This document shows, in pieces, positions 24,476 to 35,448 of a stretch of DNA of 62,294 nucleotides (within the stretch, counting starts at the first letter, position 1; every line of letters begins with the position of its first letter). Below the pieces are notes generated by a model, which was not told the origin of the DNA, searched no databases, and worked only from the letters and a program-made list of their open reading frames with translations. Source of the stretch: Sedimentisphaerales bacterium (lineage in GTDB: Bacteria; Planctomycetota; Phycisphaerae; Sedimentisphaerales; Anaerobacaceae). The position numbers and the translations under genes are program-made. The DNA lies in contig JBARPZ010000362.1 of the NCBI GenBank assembly GCA_049643445.1, forward strand, positions 1 through 62,294. Reading direction: 5' to 3'.

Positions 24476-26950
24476 ATGAATCGCAACCAGTTAATTTTCG
24501 GTCTGTTAATATTAAGCTGTGTTATCGCCACGGGTGAATCGTGGGCGGATACGGGAACCGTCGATACCGAGGTAGTTGCCGCGACAAAGGCAGGCCCCAA
24601 AGAACTGAAGAATCTCGAACTACGTGCGATAGAGACGATAAAGAGCAATGCCTCAACAATGGACAAGGACCACGCGTGCCGGATATTGCGGGTAATCGGG
24701 ACACCTGATTCCATCGACGCGCTGGGAGCATTGCTGACAGATGAAAAACTTTCGCATATGGCCCGATATGCACTGGAACCTATGCGCTATCCCGGGGCGG
24801 ACAAGGCATTGAGCGATGCACTCGGCAAGACCAGCGGTAAGGTAAAGGTTGGGATTATCAATTCGCTTGCTATGCGGGGGAATGAACGAAATTACGATGT
24901 TTTATTACCATTGCTGAAAGATAACGATACCGAGGTCGTAGGTGCCGCAGCATGGGCATTGGGTCGGATCGGGTCACCGCAGGCGGTGAGTACGCTTTCT
25001 GACCATTATAAATATTCGGGAAAGAAAAAACGTTCCGCTGCTGCCGACGGATTGCTGAGTGCGGCTGATAATTTGGTTGCACAAGGCAGTTTCCAGGAAG
25101 CCGTTGCGATTTATAAGCAGCTCCAGGGAGCAAATGCTCCGGAGCATGTTCGGATGGGTGCGTTTAGAGGTTTGATTGAGGCACAACCCGACAAGGCGGC
25201 AGGTATGCTTATCGAGGCTATTGGAAGCGATGACTGGAAGACCAGGGGCATGGCGATCGATATGATTGTTACGCTCAAGGGAGAAGGTGTTACCGAACGG
25301 TTTTCGGCGGGCCTTGATAAACTGGACGATGATACACAGGTGCTAATGATCGGCGCATTGGTTGGGCGGGGCGAAAAGGATGCATTGAGGCCTGTTATAA
25401 CCAAGGCGGCATCCAATTCGAATGCAGAGATTCGTGCGCTGGCGATAAAGTCTCTGGGGGATATCGGCGATGCCAGTTCGGTACAAGTATTGGTCAACGT
25501 AATAGAAACCGGCAAAAACGATGTGGAGAAAAAACTGTCAGCGTCGAGCCTGCGGCGGTTATCAGGAAAGAATATTAACGGTCAAATCATTAAATCCATG
25601 AAGACAAGCGGCGCGGACGGCAGAGCCAAGCTGATTGAGATTCTGCGTGATCGCGATGCTACAGAAGCGGTTGATGAGTTGTTAGTCGCAGGTTCGGATA
25701 AAGATGCCGAAGTTCGCAGGGCTGCTTTTAAGGCGCTTGCCGATTTGGCCGGGCCCGAACACCAGAAAGCCCTTATCAAACTGCTGTTGAACCTGAAAGG
25801 GGATGCGGGGCGGCCCGAAGCGGAACGGGCGGTCATAGCAATTTCCCGGAATCTCGACGATACAGCCAGTACAGAACCGATACTTGCAGTGATGGATTCG
25901 ACAACAACAACAAAATGTTCTTTACTGCGTGTGCTCGGGGGGGTCGGCAATACAAGAGGTTTTGTAGTCGTACGTCAGGGGCTTAAAGACCGGAATCCCG
26001 AGGTTCGGGATACGGCTGTGCGAACGCTTGCAAACTGGCCGGATTCTACACCGGCAAGTACACTGCTGGAAGTTTTTCAAACAACCTCAAACAGAACACA
26101 TCGGATAGTAGCACTTCGCGGGTGTGTTCGGCAACTGGGTATGGGTGCATTGACATCGGCGGATATGCTAAATATATGCAGTGAGTTAATGAAGGGTGCG
26201 GATCGGCCTGAAGAGAAAAAGCTGATTCTGGCCTTGCTTGCAAAGTCGGCCGATCCCGGTGCGACAAAAATTGTTGAGCCTTTGCTGGCAGACAACAAAG
26301 TAAAGGCCGAGGCGGAACTTGCAATGCTTGGCATTATAAGCAATATGATGGGACCGATGCCGGATGAGGCCAAAGCGGCGGCACAGACTTTGCGCAATAA
26401 GTCAAAGAATGAAACGATAAAGAAAGAGGCGGCAGCGGTTATACGGCTGGTCGAGAAGTTCGAAGATTATATCATGGCATGGCAGGTTTCCGGCCCGTAC
26501 TCAAAACCATTCGCCGTTCCGTATGATACAGCATTTGGACCGGAACAGACCGATGCCGAAGATGTGTTATGGAAGATGCTTCCAATCAGCAAAACCGGTG
26601 AACGGCCCTGGATGTTCGATTTGCAGAAAGCCCTCGGGGGCCAGAAAAAGGCAGGTTATGTTCGTACGTGGGTGCATTGCGAACAGGAACAGGCGGCAAG
26701 GCTTGACTTCGGTACTGATGAAGGTAATAAGCTTTGGCTTAACGGCAAGCTGGTCCATGCAAATTCTGCGGGTGGTGCGGCCGTACCCGGTGAGCACAAG
26801 GTGGCTGTGAAACTGCAAAAAGGCCGGAATGTTTTATTGCTGAAGGTTACACAGGGTACGGGACCGTGGCAGTTTTGTCTTGCCATTCGAAAACCCAACG
26901 GCGACAAACTCGAAGGGCTAAGCATTCAGTCAGCCAAACCGACAAAATAA
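24476..26950 (+). CDS. HEAT-repeat protein with a C-terminal beta-sandwich (lectin/PA14-like) domain
   Basis: 824 aa with a signal peptide. It has repeated ...VR.AA..ALG.IG....V..L units throughout. The C-terminus is WVHCEQEQAARLDFGTDEGNKLWLNGKLV...LLLKVTQGTGPWQF. Confidence 0.7.
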   Translation: MNRNQLIFGLLILSCVIATGESWADTGTVDTEVVAATKAGPKELKNLELRAIETIKSNASTMDKDHACRILRVIGTPDSIDALGALLTDEKLSHMARYALEPMRYPGADKALSDALGKTSGKVKVGIINSLAMRGNERNYDVLLPLLKDNDTEVVGAAAWALGRIGSPQAVSTLSDHYKYSGKKKRSAAADGLLSAADNLVAQGSFQEAVAIYKQLQGANAPEHVRMGAFRGLIEAQPDKAAGMLIEAIGSDDWKTRGMAIDMIVTLKGEGVTERFSAGLDKLDDDTQVLMIGALVGRGEKDALRPVITKAASNSNAEIRALAIKSLGDIGDASSVQVLVNVIETGKNDVEKKLSASSLRRLSGKNINGQIIKSMKTSGADGRAKLIEILRDRDATEAVDELLVAGSDKDAEVRRAAFKALADLAGPEHQKALIKLLLNLKGDAGRPEAERAVIAISRNLDDTASTEPILAVMDSTTTTKCSLLRVLGGVGNTRGFVVVRQGLKDRNPEVRDTAVRTLANWPDSTPASTLLEVFQTTSNRTHRIVALRGCVRQLGMGALTSADMLNICSELMKGADRPEEKKLILALLAKSADPGATKIVEPLLADNKVKAEAELAMLGIISNMMGPMPDEAKAAAQTLRNKSKNETIKKEAAAVIRLVEKFEDYIMAWQVSGPYSKPFAVPYDTAFGPEQTDAEDVLWKMLPISKTGERPWMFDLQKALGGQKKAGYVRTWVHCEQEQAARLDFGTDEGNKLWLNGKLVHANSAGGAAVPGEHKVAVKLQKGRNVLLLKVTQGTGPWQFCLAIRKPNGDKLEGLSIQSAKPTK

Positions 26951-27244
26951 TACTCAATTAATTCTACAGGTCTTCTTTGGGGAAGGTCGCCGGGAACCCC
27001 CTTGTTGCGCGTACCGTATCATTGACATTGAAGTCTCCTGTTATATATCAGCGGCTAGTTCAAAACAGAAAAACTGGCAAACATTTTCAATGAACGATGC
27101 TTTTGTTCCTTTCCTCGGCCTTTTCGTCAATACTGGTATACACAAGTTTTCTTGTCTGCCACAAATGGTGCTCTTCTCGTCAGTCAGCAGCAGCGGAGTG
27201 ACCGAATCGAGTCCGCTTGTGTCGGTAGGTAGATTGAAAGGTAG

Positions 27245-29482
27245 TCAGGGTTTTGTGTTAAATCGGCCGGGTTGTACGGTCAGTTGCGTTCCATCGCTGA
27301 AGTGTACGTTCATCGGTTTTGCAGTGATGTTGCCGGCCACATACGTGTTCTTTTCCTTTTGCGTGAAGACAACAGCCGTCGGGCAGTCGGCTGTGATCGC
27401 TCGATTTACCCGCCCCATCGCCTGCAGGTTTGAAATCCAGTGATATGCATAGGCCCGAGCGCAGGGATCTTTCAGTTCCGTTGCGGCCCTGAAACGCTTC
27501 ATCGCGTTGTCCGGATCATGTAGTGCTTCATACATCCAGAGAATCTCTCGCCAATCCTGCCACTCGTAACCGCCTCGCAAGTCTGCAAGACCTTTGAGAT
27601 TGCGCCTGACGTAATCGGGATAAAGGCCAAGGTATAATGAGCCTGACTGTATTGGCAGTAGGTTAATCCCCACAATATGCTCCGGCTTGCCGCTGAACCA
27701 CGTTGCAAAATCAGTCTTGCCTCCCCAGATCAACGCCGCCGACTGCTGCGTGTAGCCATCGGGGAAAAGATCGGCGTTGACGTCGAACCAGTATGCATTG
27801 ATTGCGTTCATTTCCGTGGTGTAGAGATAGATGCCGAGGTCTCGCAGCACGTGGTTTTCGTTGGCCTGGCCCCAGAGGATTATGCCGGTCCATGCGTTCA
27901 TTGCTTCCGAGGACGATTCCTGATTGTTTCCATCGCCAAATTTGGCGTGGCCGGAAGCCCACGAGTGACCTGCATACGGATCAAAACATCGAAGGAAAGG
28001 GAAGTGTTTGTCGTTTCTATCCGGATTGGCAATATCGCGGATTAGAAGATTCACGATGGCACCCCATTTATTTTCGTGCGCCCAGTTCTTATCCGTCCTG
28101 GCGACCTCTGCAGCAGCTCGAATAAAATAGCCGTAATGAAAGTGATGGTCGTTCAATTGGTCGCTGCTGCCGTAGCTCGGTTTGATGCCGATTAGAGTAC
28201 CCCAATTAGGGTCGTAGTAGAAGTAGCGATCCTTCTTCTGGTCATCCTGTGACGCAGTGAACCACTGCTCAAGGCGGCTCTTGAGGGTGTTGGCAAAGTG
28301 TGCAGCCGATGTCATATCGCCAAGTTGCTGTGCAATTGGAATCAAGTTTGATATCCGGCCCAGTTCCTTGCCGGCCCAGTAGGTGTCGGCGGGATTGCGG
28401 AGTCGGGCAGCCGCCGCTTCTTCTATGTATTTGGCAAGAAGATTGCGGTCGTATTTGCCCTTGTTGGGCATCGAAGGCAGCACACCCGGGAAACGCATCG
28501 TTGTGGTAAAGTGATTGCCGGCAGCTAATTTCATAGGGCCTCGAATCGAATTGTATGAATACGCCAGAAGCGAGACCTTTGTATTCTGCCACTGATGGGG
28601 ATAGAGGGCGAAAAGCGTGTCCTTCTGCGTTCCCTGTAAACACTCTGTCTCAAACGTAAAATCCGTTTCTACAAGCCCTTTACTTTGGACATAGCGCCAT
28701 TTAACCTCTGTGCCGACAATATGCGTATGGGCGTAACGTTCAACTAATTCAAGCGTTTGCCGGCTTTTGTCGGGCAGAATCGCCAGGGTGAAATGCGTTT
28801 TGCCCCTGTTGTGGTTTATGAATACTCTGCCGCCGAGTCCTGACCAAGTTGAAGCAGTCGGTCCGAACAAACCGTAGTGGCATCCTCGAACCGTGACGCC
28901 AAGTGTGGGGCTGTTGTTATCCCCGAACCATACGTGCACATCGGACTCGAAGCGTATTTTCGCACCACCATCGCTATACCGGGCGAAAACGAATGGGCAG
29001 CCGTGTCCGTAACTGAGGCGCATGCTATGCCGGCCCTCGGCAAACAGGACATCGACGAACCAATCACTGGACCCATCGATGCGAGCATGAGGGAATTGCT
29101 CGACACCGGAATGACCGAGTATGAGTTCCTTTTGGAAACTTGCGAAAATGTGGTTTCCCGTCGCATGAATCCCGGAGCCGGGGTAGGAGATGCGGAGCCC
29201 TTCTTCCGAGGCGCACATCGCCAGAGGGTGGGCGAAATGATTCGAAGAATACTGCTCCCATGCCAGCGAACTCCACCAGTCGGTTGTTGGCACGGGCCCG
29301 CTGAGGTTATCTGTCCTGTAAATTACGTTTGGCGGCAATTTGACGCCTTCAGGCATGCGCGTTGAATAACTTCCCTGGCCTACATCTGTCTTATCTTTCG
29401 CAGCCACGGCACATGAAATCAGTGAACCCAACAAACATACCGTGAACAAGTTGATCTGCTTTTGTTCTGCCATAGTGGACAC
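27245..29482 (-). CDS. glycoside hydrolase family 81 endo-beta-1,3-glucanase
   Basis: 745 aa with a signal peptide. It has the GH81 hallmark blocks LNDHHFHYGYFIRAAA and NQESSSEAMNAW. Confidence 0.8.
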   Translation of the reverse strand: MSTMAEQKQINLFTVCLLGSLISCAVAAKDKTDVGQGSYSTRMPEGVKLPPNVIYRTDNLSGPVPTTDWWSSLAWEQYSSNHFAHPLAMCASEEGLRISYPGSGIHATGNHIFASFQKELILGHSGVEQFPHARIDGSSDWFVDVLFAEGRHSMRLSYGHGCPFVFARYSDGGAKIRFESDVHVWFGDNNSPTLGVTVRGCHYGLFGPTASTWSGLGGRVFINHNRGKTHFTLAILPDKSRQTLELVERYAHTHIVGTEVKWRYVQSKGLVETDFTFETECLQGTQKDTLFALYPHQWQNTKVSLLAYSYNSIRGPMKLAAGNHFTTTMRFPGVLPSMPNKGKYDRNLLAKYIEEAAAARLRNPADTYWAGKELGRISNLIPIAQQLGDMTSAAHFANTLKSRLEQWFTASQDDQKKDRYFYYDPNWGTLIGIKPSYGSSDQLNDHHFHYGYFIRAAAEVARTDKNWAHENKWGAIVNLLIRDIANPDRNDKHFPFLRCFDPYAGHSWASGHAKFGDGNNQESSSEAMNAWTGIILWGQANENHVLRDLGIYLYTTEMNAINAYWFDVNADLFPDGYTQQSAALIWGGKTDFATWFSGKPEHIVGINLLPIQSGSLYLGLYPDYVRRNLKGLADLRGGYEWQDWREILWMYEALHDPDNAMKRFRAATELKDPCARAYAYHWISNLQAMGRVNRAITADCPTAVVFTQKEKNTYVAGNITAKPMNVHFSDGTQLTVQPGRFNTKP

Positions 29483-29607
29483 TCCTTATTCTTGCGGAAC
29501 ATTATATCCTCTCGCCGAATGTCTGTCATCCATGGAGCACGTCAACCTGATATGGCCAGTGCGCCCGTGCCGAGCACCCCGAAACAGGGCTCTTTTCGTC
29601 GGCAGGC

Positions 29608-29732
29608 ATCTACAACGAGACTATAGCCCGAAAGCCTGTTATCTATCAATTCGCCCAAAACACCCATATCATAAGTATTGTGTTTTCAGAGATTTATGGA
29701 AAAGTGGAAATTTATCAACATTTTCGGTGCCC
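29608..29732 (+). repeat. copy C of the three-copy intergenic repeat family
   Basis: It has TTATCTATCAATTCGCCCAAAACACCCATA, then the hairpin TCATAAGT(29669-76)/ATTTATGG(29692-99), then AAAAGTGGAAATTTATC. Confidence 0.6.
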
Positions 29733-30077
29733 TCCCTCCCATCAGGTAATGGGCAAGCCCCCTTAGAGTATAAGGCACTCTATACAAGAGGGCAGGCATG
29801 ATCGCAAACAAAAAGCTGATTTTGTGATAGACTTTTGAGTTTTTTGCCTTATACTACCGCGTTTTGGGCGGTTTTTGTGTTGCTTTAGCTCTTGAAATAC
29901 GCTTGAACCTGTGCGACAATTAAAATCTGATTTAAGCTGTTGTTAAGCAATTATCCTGTCAATTGTTTTGATGGTGATCTTAGTATTAAAATGTATAAAA
30001 AGCCTGCTTGAATCTCGATTTTCTGTCTCTGTAAAGATATCGGGTGTCGAGCTTGTTATTTTGAGGACGTAGTAATT

Positions 30078-30836
30078 ATGTCAGAAGATTATAACTGCCT
30101 ATGTGACGAGTTTTATCTCGATATGCATATCAATACCGAGCTTGACCTGCCAACCCAACGCGACACTATCCTGTCCTTTTTCGAGCGGATACAAAAGCAA
30201 TTCCCTTCTATGTGCAGTTTCTACCGGCGCGACAATAACGAGTACTGCCTTGAAGAGGACCGTGATGCCGGCAGTTACCGGTGGATTACTCTGGAAGTAG
30301 ACCGTATCGGCTCCGGCGTTGCGAATCCTCCAAACTTCGAAGCGGCTTACAGCCAGGATAGACTGGTGCTCGAACTCGCACCCTACATGCTCGGTGTAAG
30401 TCATCTTGATATCGATTCGCTGGACGTTACTTTCGCTATGGATTTTGATTATACCGGCAGTCATGATGAGATTATTGCCGAGGCACTGTTCAGCTCAACG
30501 GCCTTTAGCTGTCTTCTGGACCTGCCATCGGCCGCCCCTATTGGCTTTTCACCGGCCGTAGTGGTGGCGCTGACCGAAGATTGCCGTACGCAGGCCCGAA
30601 TCGGAGTAGAGTCAAAAACAAGCGTCGTGGAAAGCGGAAAACAAAAGTATAAGTCGGATGAAGCAATCAGTCTTTTCTTTACAATCCGGCAATACCCTTC
30701 AAGTACGGAAAAATTTGACGCGCTGGCCTCTTTCGAACATCAATGCCGGCTGGCAGAGGAACTGATGGCTGAAAAAATAGTCCCGAACTTTGTGCAGCCG
30801 TTAACCAGTGTTATCGCACAAAAACGAATAACGTAA
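30078..30836 (+). CDS. hypothetical protein (252 aa)
   Basis: It is a clean ORF with no signal peptide and no recognised motif. It is preceded by a ~600-bp non-coding region. Confidence 0.5.
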   Translation: MSEDYNCLCDEFYLDMHINTELDLPTQRDTILSFFERIQKQFPSMCSFYRRDNNEYCLEEDRDAGSYRWITLEVDRIGSGVANPPNFEAAYSQDRLVLELAPYMLGVSHLDIDSLDVTFAMDFDYTGSHDEIIAEALFSSTAFSCLLDLPSAAPIGFSPAVVVALTEDCRTQARIGVESKTSVVESGKQKYKSDEAISLFFTIRQYPSSTEKFDALASFEHQCRLAEELMAEKIVPNFVQPLTSVIAQKRIT

Positions 30837-30856
30837 ACTCCGGAAAGGACTTTGGA

Positions 30857-31336
30857 ATGGCTATCGAGGCACCGATAAGCAAATTCAGAAAAAACGGACT
30901 CATACTCTGGATGGTCGTCTGTATTGGAGTGGCAATTATTTTTGCTTATGATGGCTACCTGAGCAAATATGAATGGTCACTTCGTCACAGCTTCTACGAA
31001 AAACACTTCAAGGATGGTCAGCCCGACGATACAATGGTATTCAATCAAAAGTCACCTTTTATTTTTATTGGCGGCGCAGCACTTCTCGGTGCATACTTGT
31101 TTACAATCAGAAATAAGAAACTTATCGCCGACGAAAACGAGCTTATCATCAGCGATAAAGAAAGAATTTCTTATGATTCCATACAAGCAATAGACAAAAC
31201 TTATTTTAAGTCGAAAGGACGTTTTGTTATCACTTACAAAGATAAAAACGGCAGGGAAGCCAATCTCAAAATAAGTGATAGAAAATTTGACAATCTGGAG
31301 CCTGTTTTGGACCACTTAGTGGCAAAAATCACTTGA
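30857..31336 (+). CDS. hypothetical two-TM membrane protein with a small soluble C-terminal domain
   Basis: 159 aa with the TM helices LILWMVVCIGVAIIFAY and FIFIGGAALLGAYLFTI. It starts 20 nt after the previous gene. Confidence 0.5.
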   Translation: MAIEAPISKFRKNGLILWMVVCIGVAIIFAYDGYLSKYEWSLRHSFYEKHFKDGQPDDTMVFNQKSPFIFIGGAALLGAYLFTIRNKKLIADENELIISDKERISYDSIQAIDKTYFKSKGRFVITYKDKNGREANLKISDRKFDNLEPVLDHLVAKIT

Positions 31337-31405
31337 AAATAAGAGCATAAGGGAGCTTGTGCCTTGTGCGCTTATGACTTATGCACGATTTGTTTAAGGA
31401 AGTGA

Positions 31406-32686
<1,281 letters not shown>

Positions 32687-32763
32687 TTGAAGCTCAAAGG
32701 AAAAAAATAAAAAACTGTTTAGCTTAAAATACTATGTTTTTGTGGTGTTAATTTTTGTTTTAC

Positions 32764-33540
32764 ATGAAGAGCTTCGACGAAAAAATTGAAAAAACGGCCG
32801 AACGTCTTGGGCTGGCGCCTGAACAGATTCCACGCCATATTGCGATAATTATGGATGGAAACGGCCGATGGGCGCAGGAAAAAGGTCTGCCACGGGCCGA
32901 AGGTCATCGCCAGGGCGGAAAGACAGTCGAGGAAATAGCCCTGTGCTGCGTCGCCCTTGGGATCGAATCTCTGACTATATATTCTTTCAGTATGGAAAAC
33001 TGGGAAAGACCCAAAGCCGAAATTAATACCCTTATGCATCTGTATTCCCAATACCTTGTTGGGATTCGTCCTATGATGAAGAAAAACAAGGTAAAGCTCA
33101 TTCACCTCGGCCGATTGGCTCAACTGCCTTCAGCGGTAAAAAAAGATCTTACAACAACCATGAAAATCACCGCCGGCAATGCCGGTATGACACTTGCCCT
33201 GGCACTGAACTACGGTGGCAGGGCGGAAATCGTAGATGCAGCCAAGACAATTGCACAACAATACAAAAAGGGTAAACTGCGTCTGAAAGATATCGACGAA
33301 GAGTGCATAAGCCGACATCTGTACACCGCCGGTTTGGCGGAACCGGACCTTTTGATCCGCACGGCAAACGAAATGCGAATCAGCAACTTCCTGCTCTGGC
33401 AAATTTCATACAGTGAATTCTACGTTACCAAAACTTTCTGGCCTGACTTCAAACAAAAAGATTTGGAAAAAGCGATACTGGCCTACGCAAAGCGCAGCCG
33501 ACGCTTCGGTACTATCAAAAGCGCATCTCGTGGATCGTAA
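32764..33540 (+). CDS. uppS: isoprenyl transferase (undecaprenyl-diphosphate synthase family)
   Basis: It has PRHIAIIMDGNGRWA, TIYSFSMENWERP and RISNFLLWQISYSEFY. The ORF opens at TTG 32755; the first ATG is at 32764. Confidence 0.9.
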   Translation: MKSFDEKIEKTAERLGLAPEQIPRHIAIIMDGNGRWAQEKGLPRAEGHRQGGKTVEEIALCCVALGIESLTIYSFSMENWERPKAEINTLMHLYSQYLVGIRPMMKKNKVKLIHLGRLAQLPSAVKKDLTTTMKITAGNAGMTLALALNYGGRAEIVDAAKTIAQQYKKGKLRLKDIDEECISRHLYTAGLAEPDLLIRTANEMRISNFLLWQISYSEFYVTKTFWPDFKQKDLEKAILAYAKRSRRFGTIKSASRGS

Positions 33541-33576
33541 CGCATATCTGGAACGAAATACAAGATACGAGAGATT

Positions 33577-34440
33577 ATGCTCAAATACAGACTGCTTTAT
33601 GGCATATTAATGACGGTGGTCTTTACCGCTATTGTCATTTTCGACGGATGGCTGGATGGCTCATTGACCGCTTCGTCCGCCGACGACAGGACCGTACAGG
33701 GAACGATTCTCTGTATTCTTATTGCCGGCTTGATAATTCCTGCACAGCTCGAATTGTCCCGGCTGGCCAAGGCCAAAAACCTGAGAATTTTCACGCCTGT
33801 TGCAATCATCGCCTCTATCCTGTTTGCCGGCACCTGGTATTGGTTCCAGCTCATCGAAATGCGGCCCCTGATTTATCTGTTTTTCCTCTCAGCTTCTTCA
33901 CTATGGGCACTGCTTTTATACCAATATTTTCGATGCGGCACTTCAGGTGTAATTGCCAACTGTGGAGCAAGTTATTTTTCTATTATTTACTTAGGGCTTT
34001 TATGTGCCTTCGTAGTCGGGATTCGCATCGACTTTGGCCTCTGGGGGCTGCTGATGTTTATTATTGTCGTAAAGTCTGCCGATATAGGGGCTTACGCAAT
34101 AGGAGTTTTGTTTGGCAAGCACAAATTCTCGCCCAATATCAGCCCTGGAAAGACCTGGGAAGGCATGGGTGGCGCGGTCACAGCAGCGGTAATAGTCAGT
34201 TTTCTCTTTGGAGCAGGTTGTGATATAATGGCGTGGTGGCCGGCAGTAATCTTTGGTATCTTTATTGCCTTTACAGGACAGGTGGGAGATTTGGTAGAGT
34301 CTATGATGAAACGGGACGCAGAGACAAAAGATTCATCAAACAAAGTGCCCGGCTTCGGTGGAATATTGGACATCATTGATTCGCCGCTGTTTGCAGCGCC
34401 GTTTGCGTATTTGTTTTTTATTTTCGCCGTCACCGGATAG
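33577..34440 (+). CDS. cdsA: phosphatidate cytidylyltransferase
   Basis: It is a multi-TM protein with the signature SMMKRDAETKDSSNKVPGFGGILDIIDS. Confidence 0.85.
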   Translation: MLKYRLLYGILMTVVFTAIVIFDGWLDGSLTASSADDRTVQGTILCILIAGLIIPAQLELSRLAKAKNLRIFTPVAIIASILFAGTWYWFQLIEMRPLIYLFFLSASSLWALLLYQYFRCGTSGVIANCGASYFSIIYLGLLCAFVVGIRIDFGLWGLLMFIIVVKSADIGAYAIGVLFGKHKFSPNISPGKTWEGMGGAVTAAVIVSFLFGAGCDIMAWWPAVIFGIFIAFTGQVGDLVESMMKRDAETKDSSNKVPGFGGILDIIDSPLFAAPFAYLFFIFAVTG

Positions 34441-34449
34441 AGTAAGACT

Positions 34450-35388
34450 GTGGAAGTTACGATACAATTAGAATCAGTTCAGAAACTGCCCGAATTGTAC
34501 GGCCCGGCCGACAGTCACCTTCGCCTTCTGCGCCAATCTCTCGACATCAAAATCACGGCACGGCAGTCAAATTTAATAATCACCGGGAAGGAAAAAGATG
34601 TAAACAAGGCCGCTGAAATTATCGACAGAATGCAAAAACACTTAATCAAACATAACACGCTGACGACCGAAGATGTAGACGGTTTTATCAGGCGAGACGG
34701 CTCATCAAAAACCGCCGAGACGGGCAAGGCCATTACGGTGTATTCGGGCAAAAAGGTGATTGAGCCTACGACTAAGGGGCAGCTAAAATATATTGAAGCG
34801 ATGTTAGCCAACGACCTGACGTTTTGTATAGGTCCTGCAGGAACCGGCAAAACCTACCTTGCGGTGGCAGTTGCGGCCTCCATGCTCAAGAAAAAAGAAA
34901 TCAGGAGAATCGTTCTTGCCCGACCGGCCGTGGAGGCCGGTGAAAAACTCGGTTTTCTTCCGGGCGATATCCAGGCAAAGGTAAATCCCTATCTTCGGCC
35001 ACTTTTCGACGCTCTCGAAGATATGATGAATTTTGCTCAGATGAAAAAATTTATTGAGCTGGATATTATTGAAATCATTCCACTTGCATTTATGCGAGGC
35101 AGAACCTTAAACGAAGCCGTTATCATCTGTGACGAAGCCCAAAATACATCCCCCCTTCAAATGCTAATGGTCTTGACAAGACTGGGTCATGGCTCGAAAA
35201 TGATAATAACAGGTGATATAACGCAGATTGACCTGGAAAAAGGGCATAAAAGCGGAATGGTTGAAGCTATAGAAACTCTGCATCGAATAAAGGGAATTGT
35301 CTGCGTTCAGTTAACGCGCAGAGACATCGTACGACATCGACTGGTCCAAAATATCGTGCGGGCCTACAAGAAAAAGGGCGAAAAATAA
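34450..35388 (+). CDS. phoH: PhoH-family ATPase (YbeZ-like)
   Basis: It has a GTG start, Walker A GPAGTGKTYLAVA, LARPAVEAGEKLGFLPGD and ITGDITQIDL. Confidence 0.9.
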   Translation: MEVTIQLESVQKLPELYGPADSHLRLLRQSLDIKITARQSNLIITGKEKDVNKAAEIIDRMQKHLIKHNTLTTEDVDGFIRRDGSSKTAETGKAITVYSGKKVIEPTTKGQLKYIEAMLANDLTFCIGPAGTGKTYLAVAVAASMLKKKEIRRIVLARPAVEAGEKLGFLPGDIQAKVNPYLRPLFDALEDMMNFAQMKKFIELDIIEIIPLAFMRGRTLNEAVIICDEAQNTSPLQMLMVLTRLGHGSKMIITGDITQIDLEKGHKSGMVEAIETLHRIKGIVCVQLTRRDIVRHRLVQNIVRAYKKKGEK

Positions 35389-35448
35389 TAAATGGCCAAG
35401 AGATATCCTGTAGCGTTTGGCGGTTGATATTTATAACGAGGTAAACAA

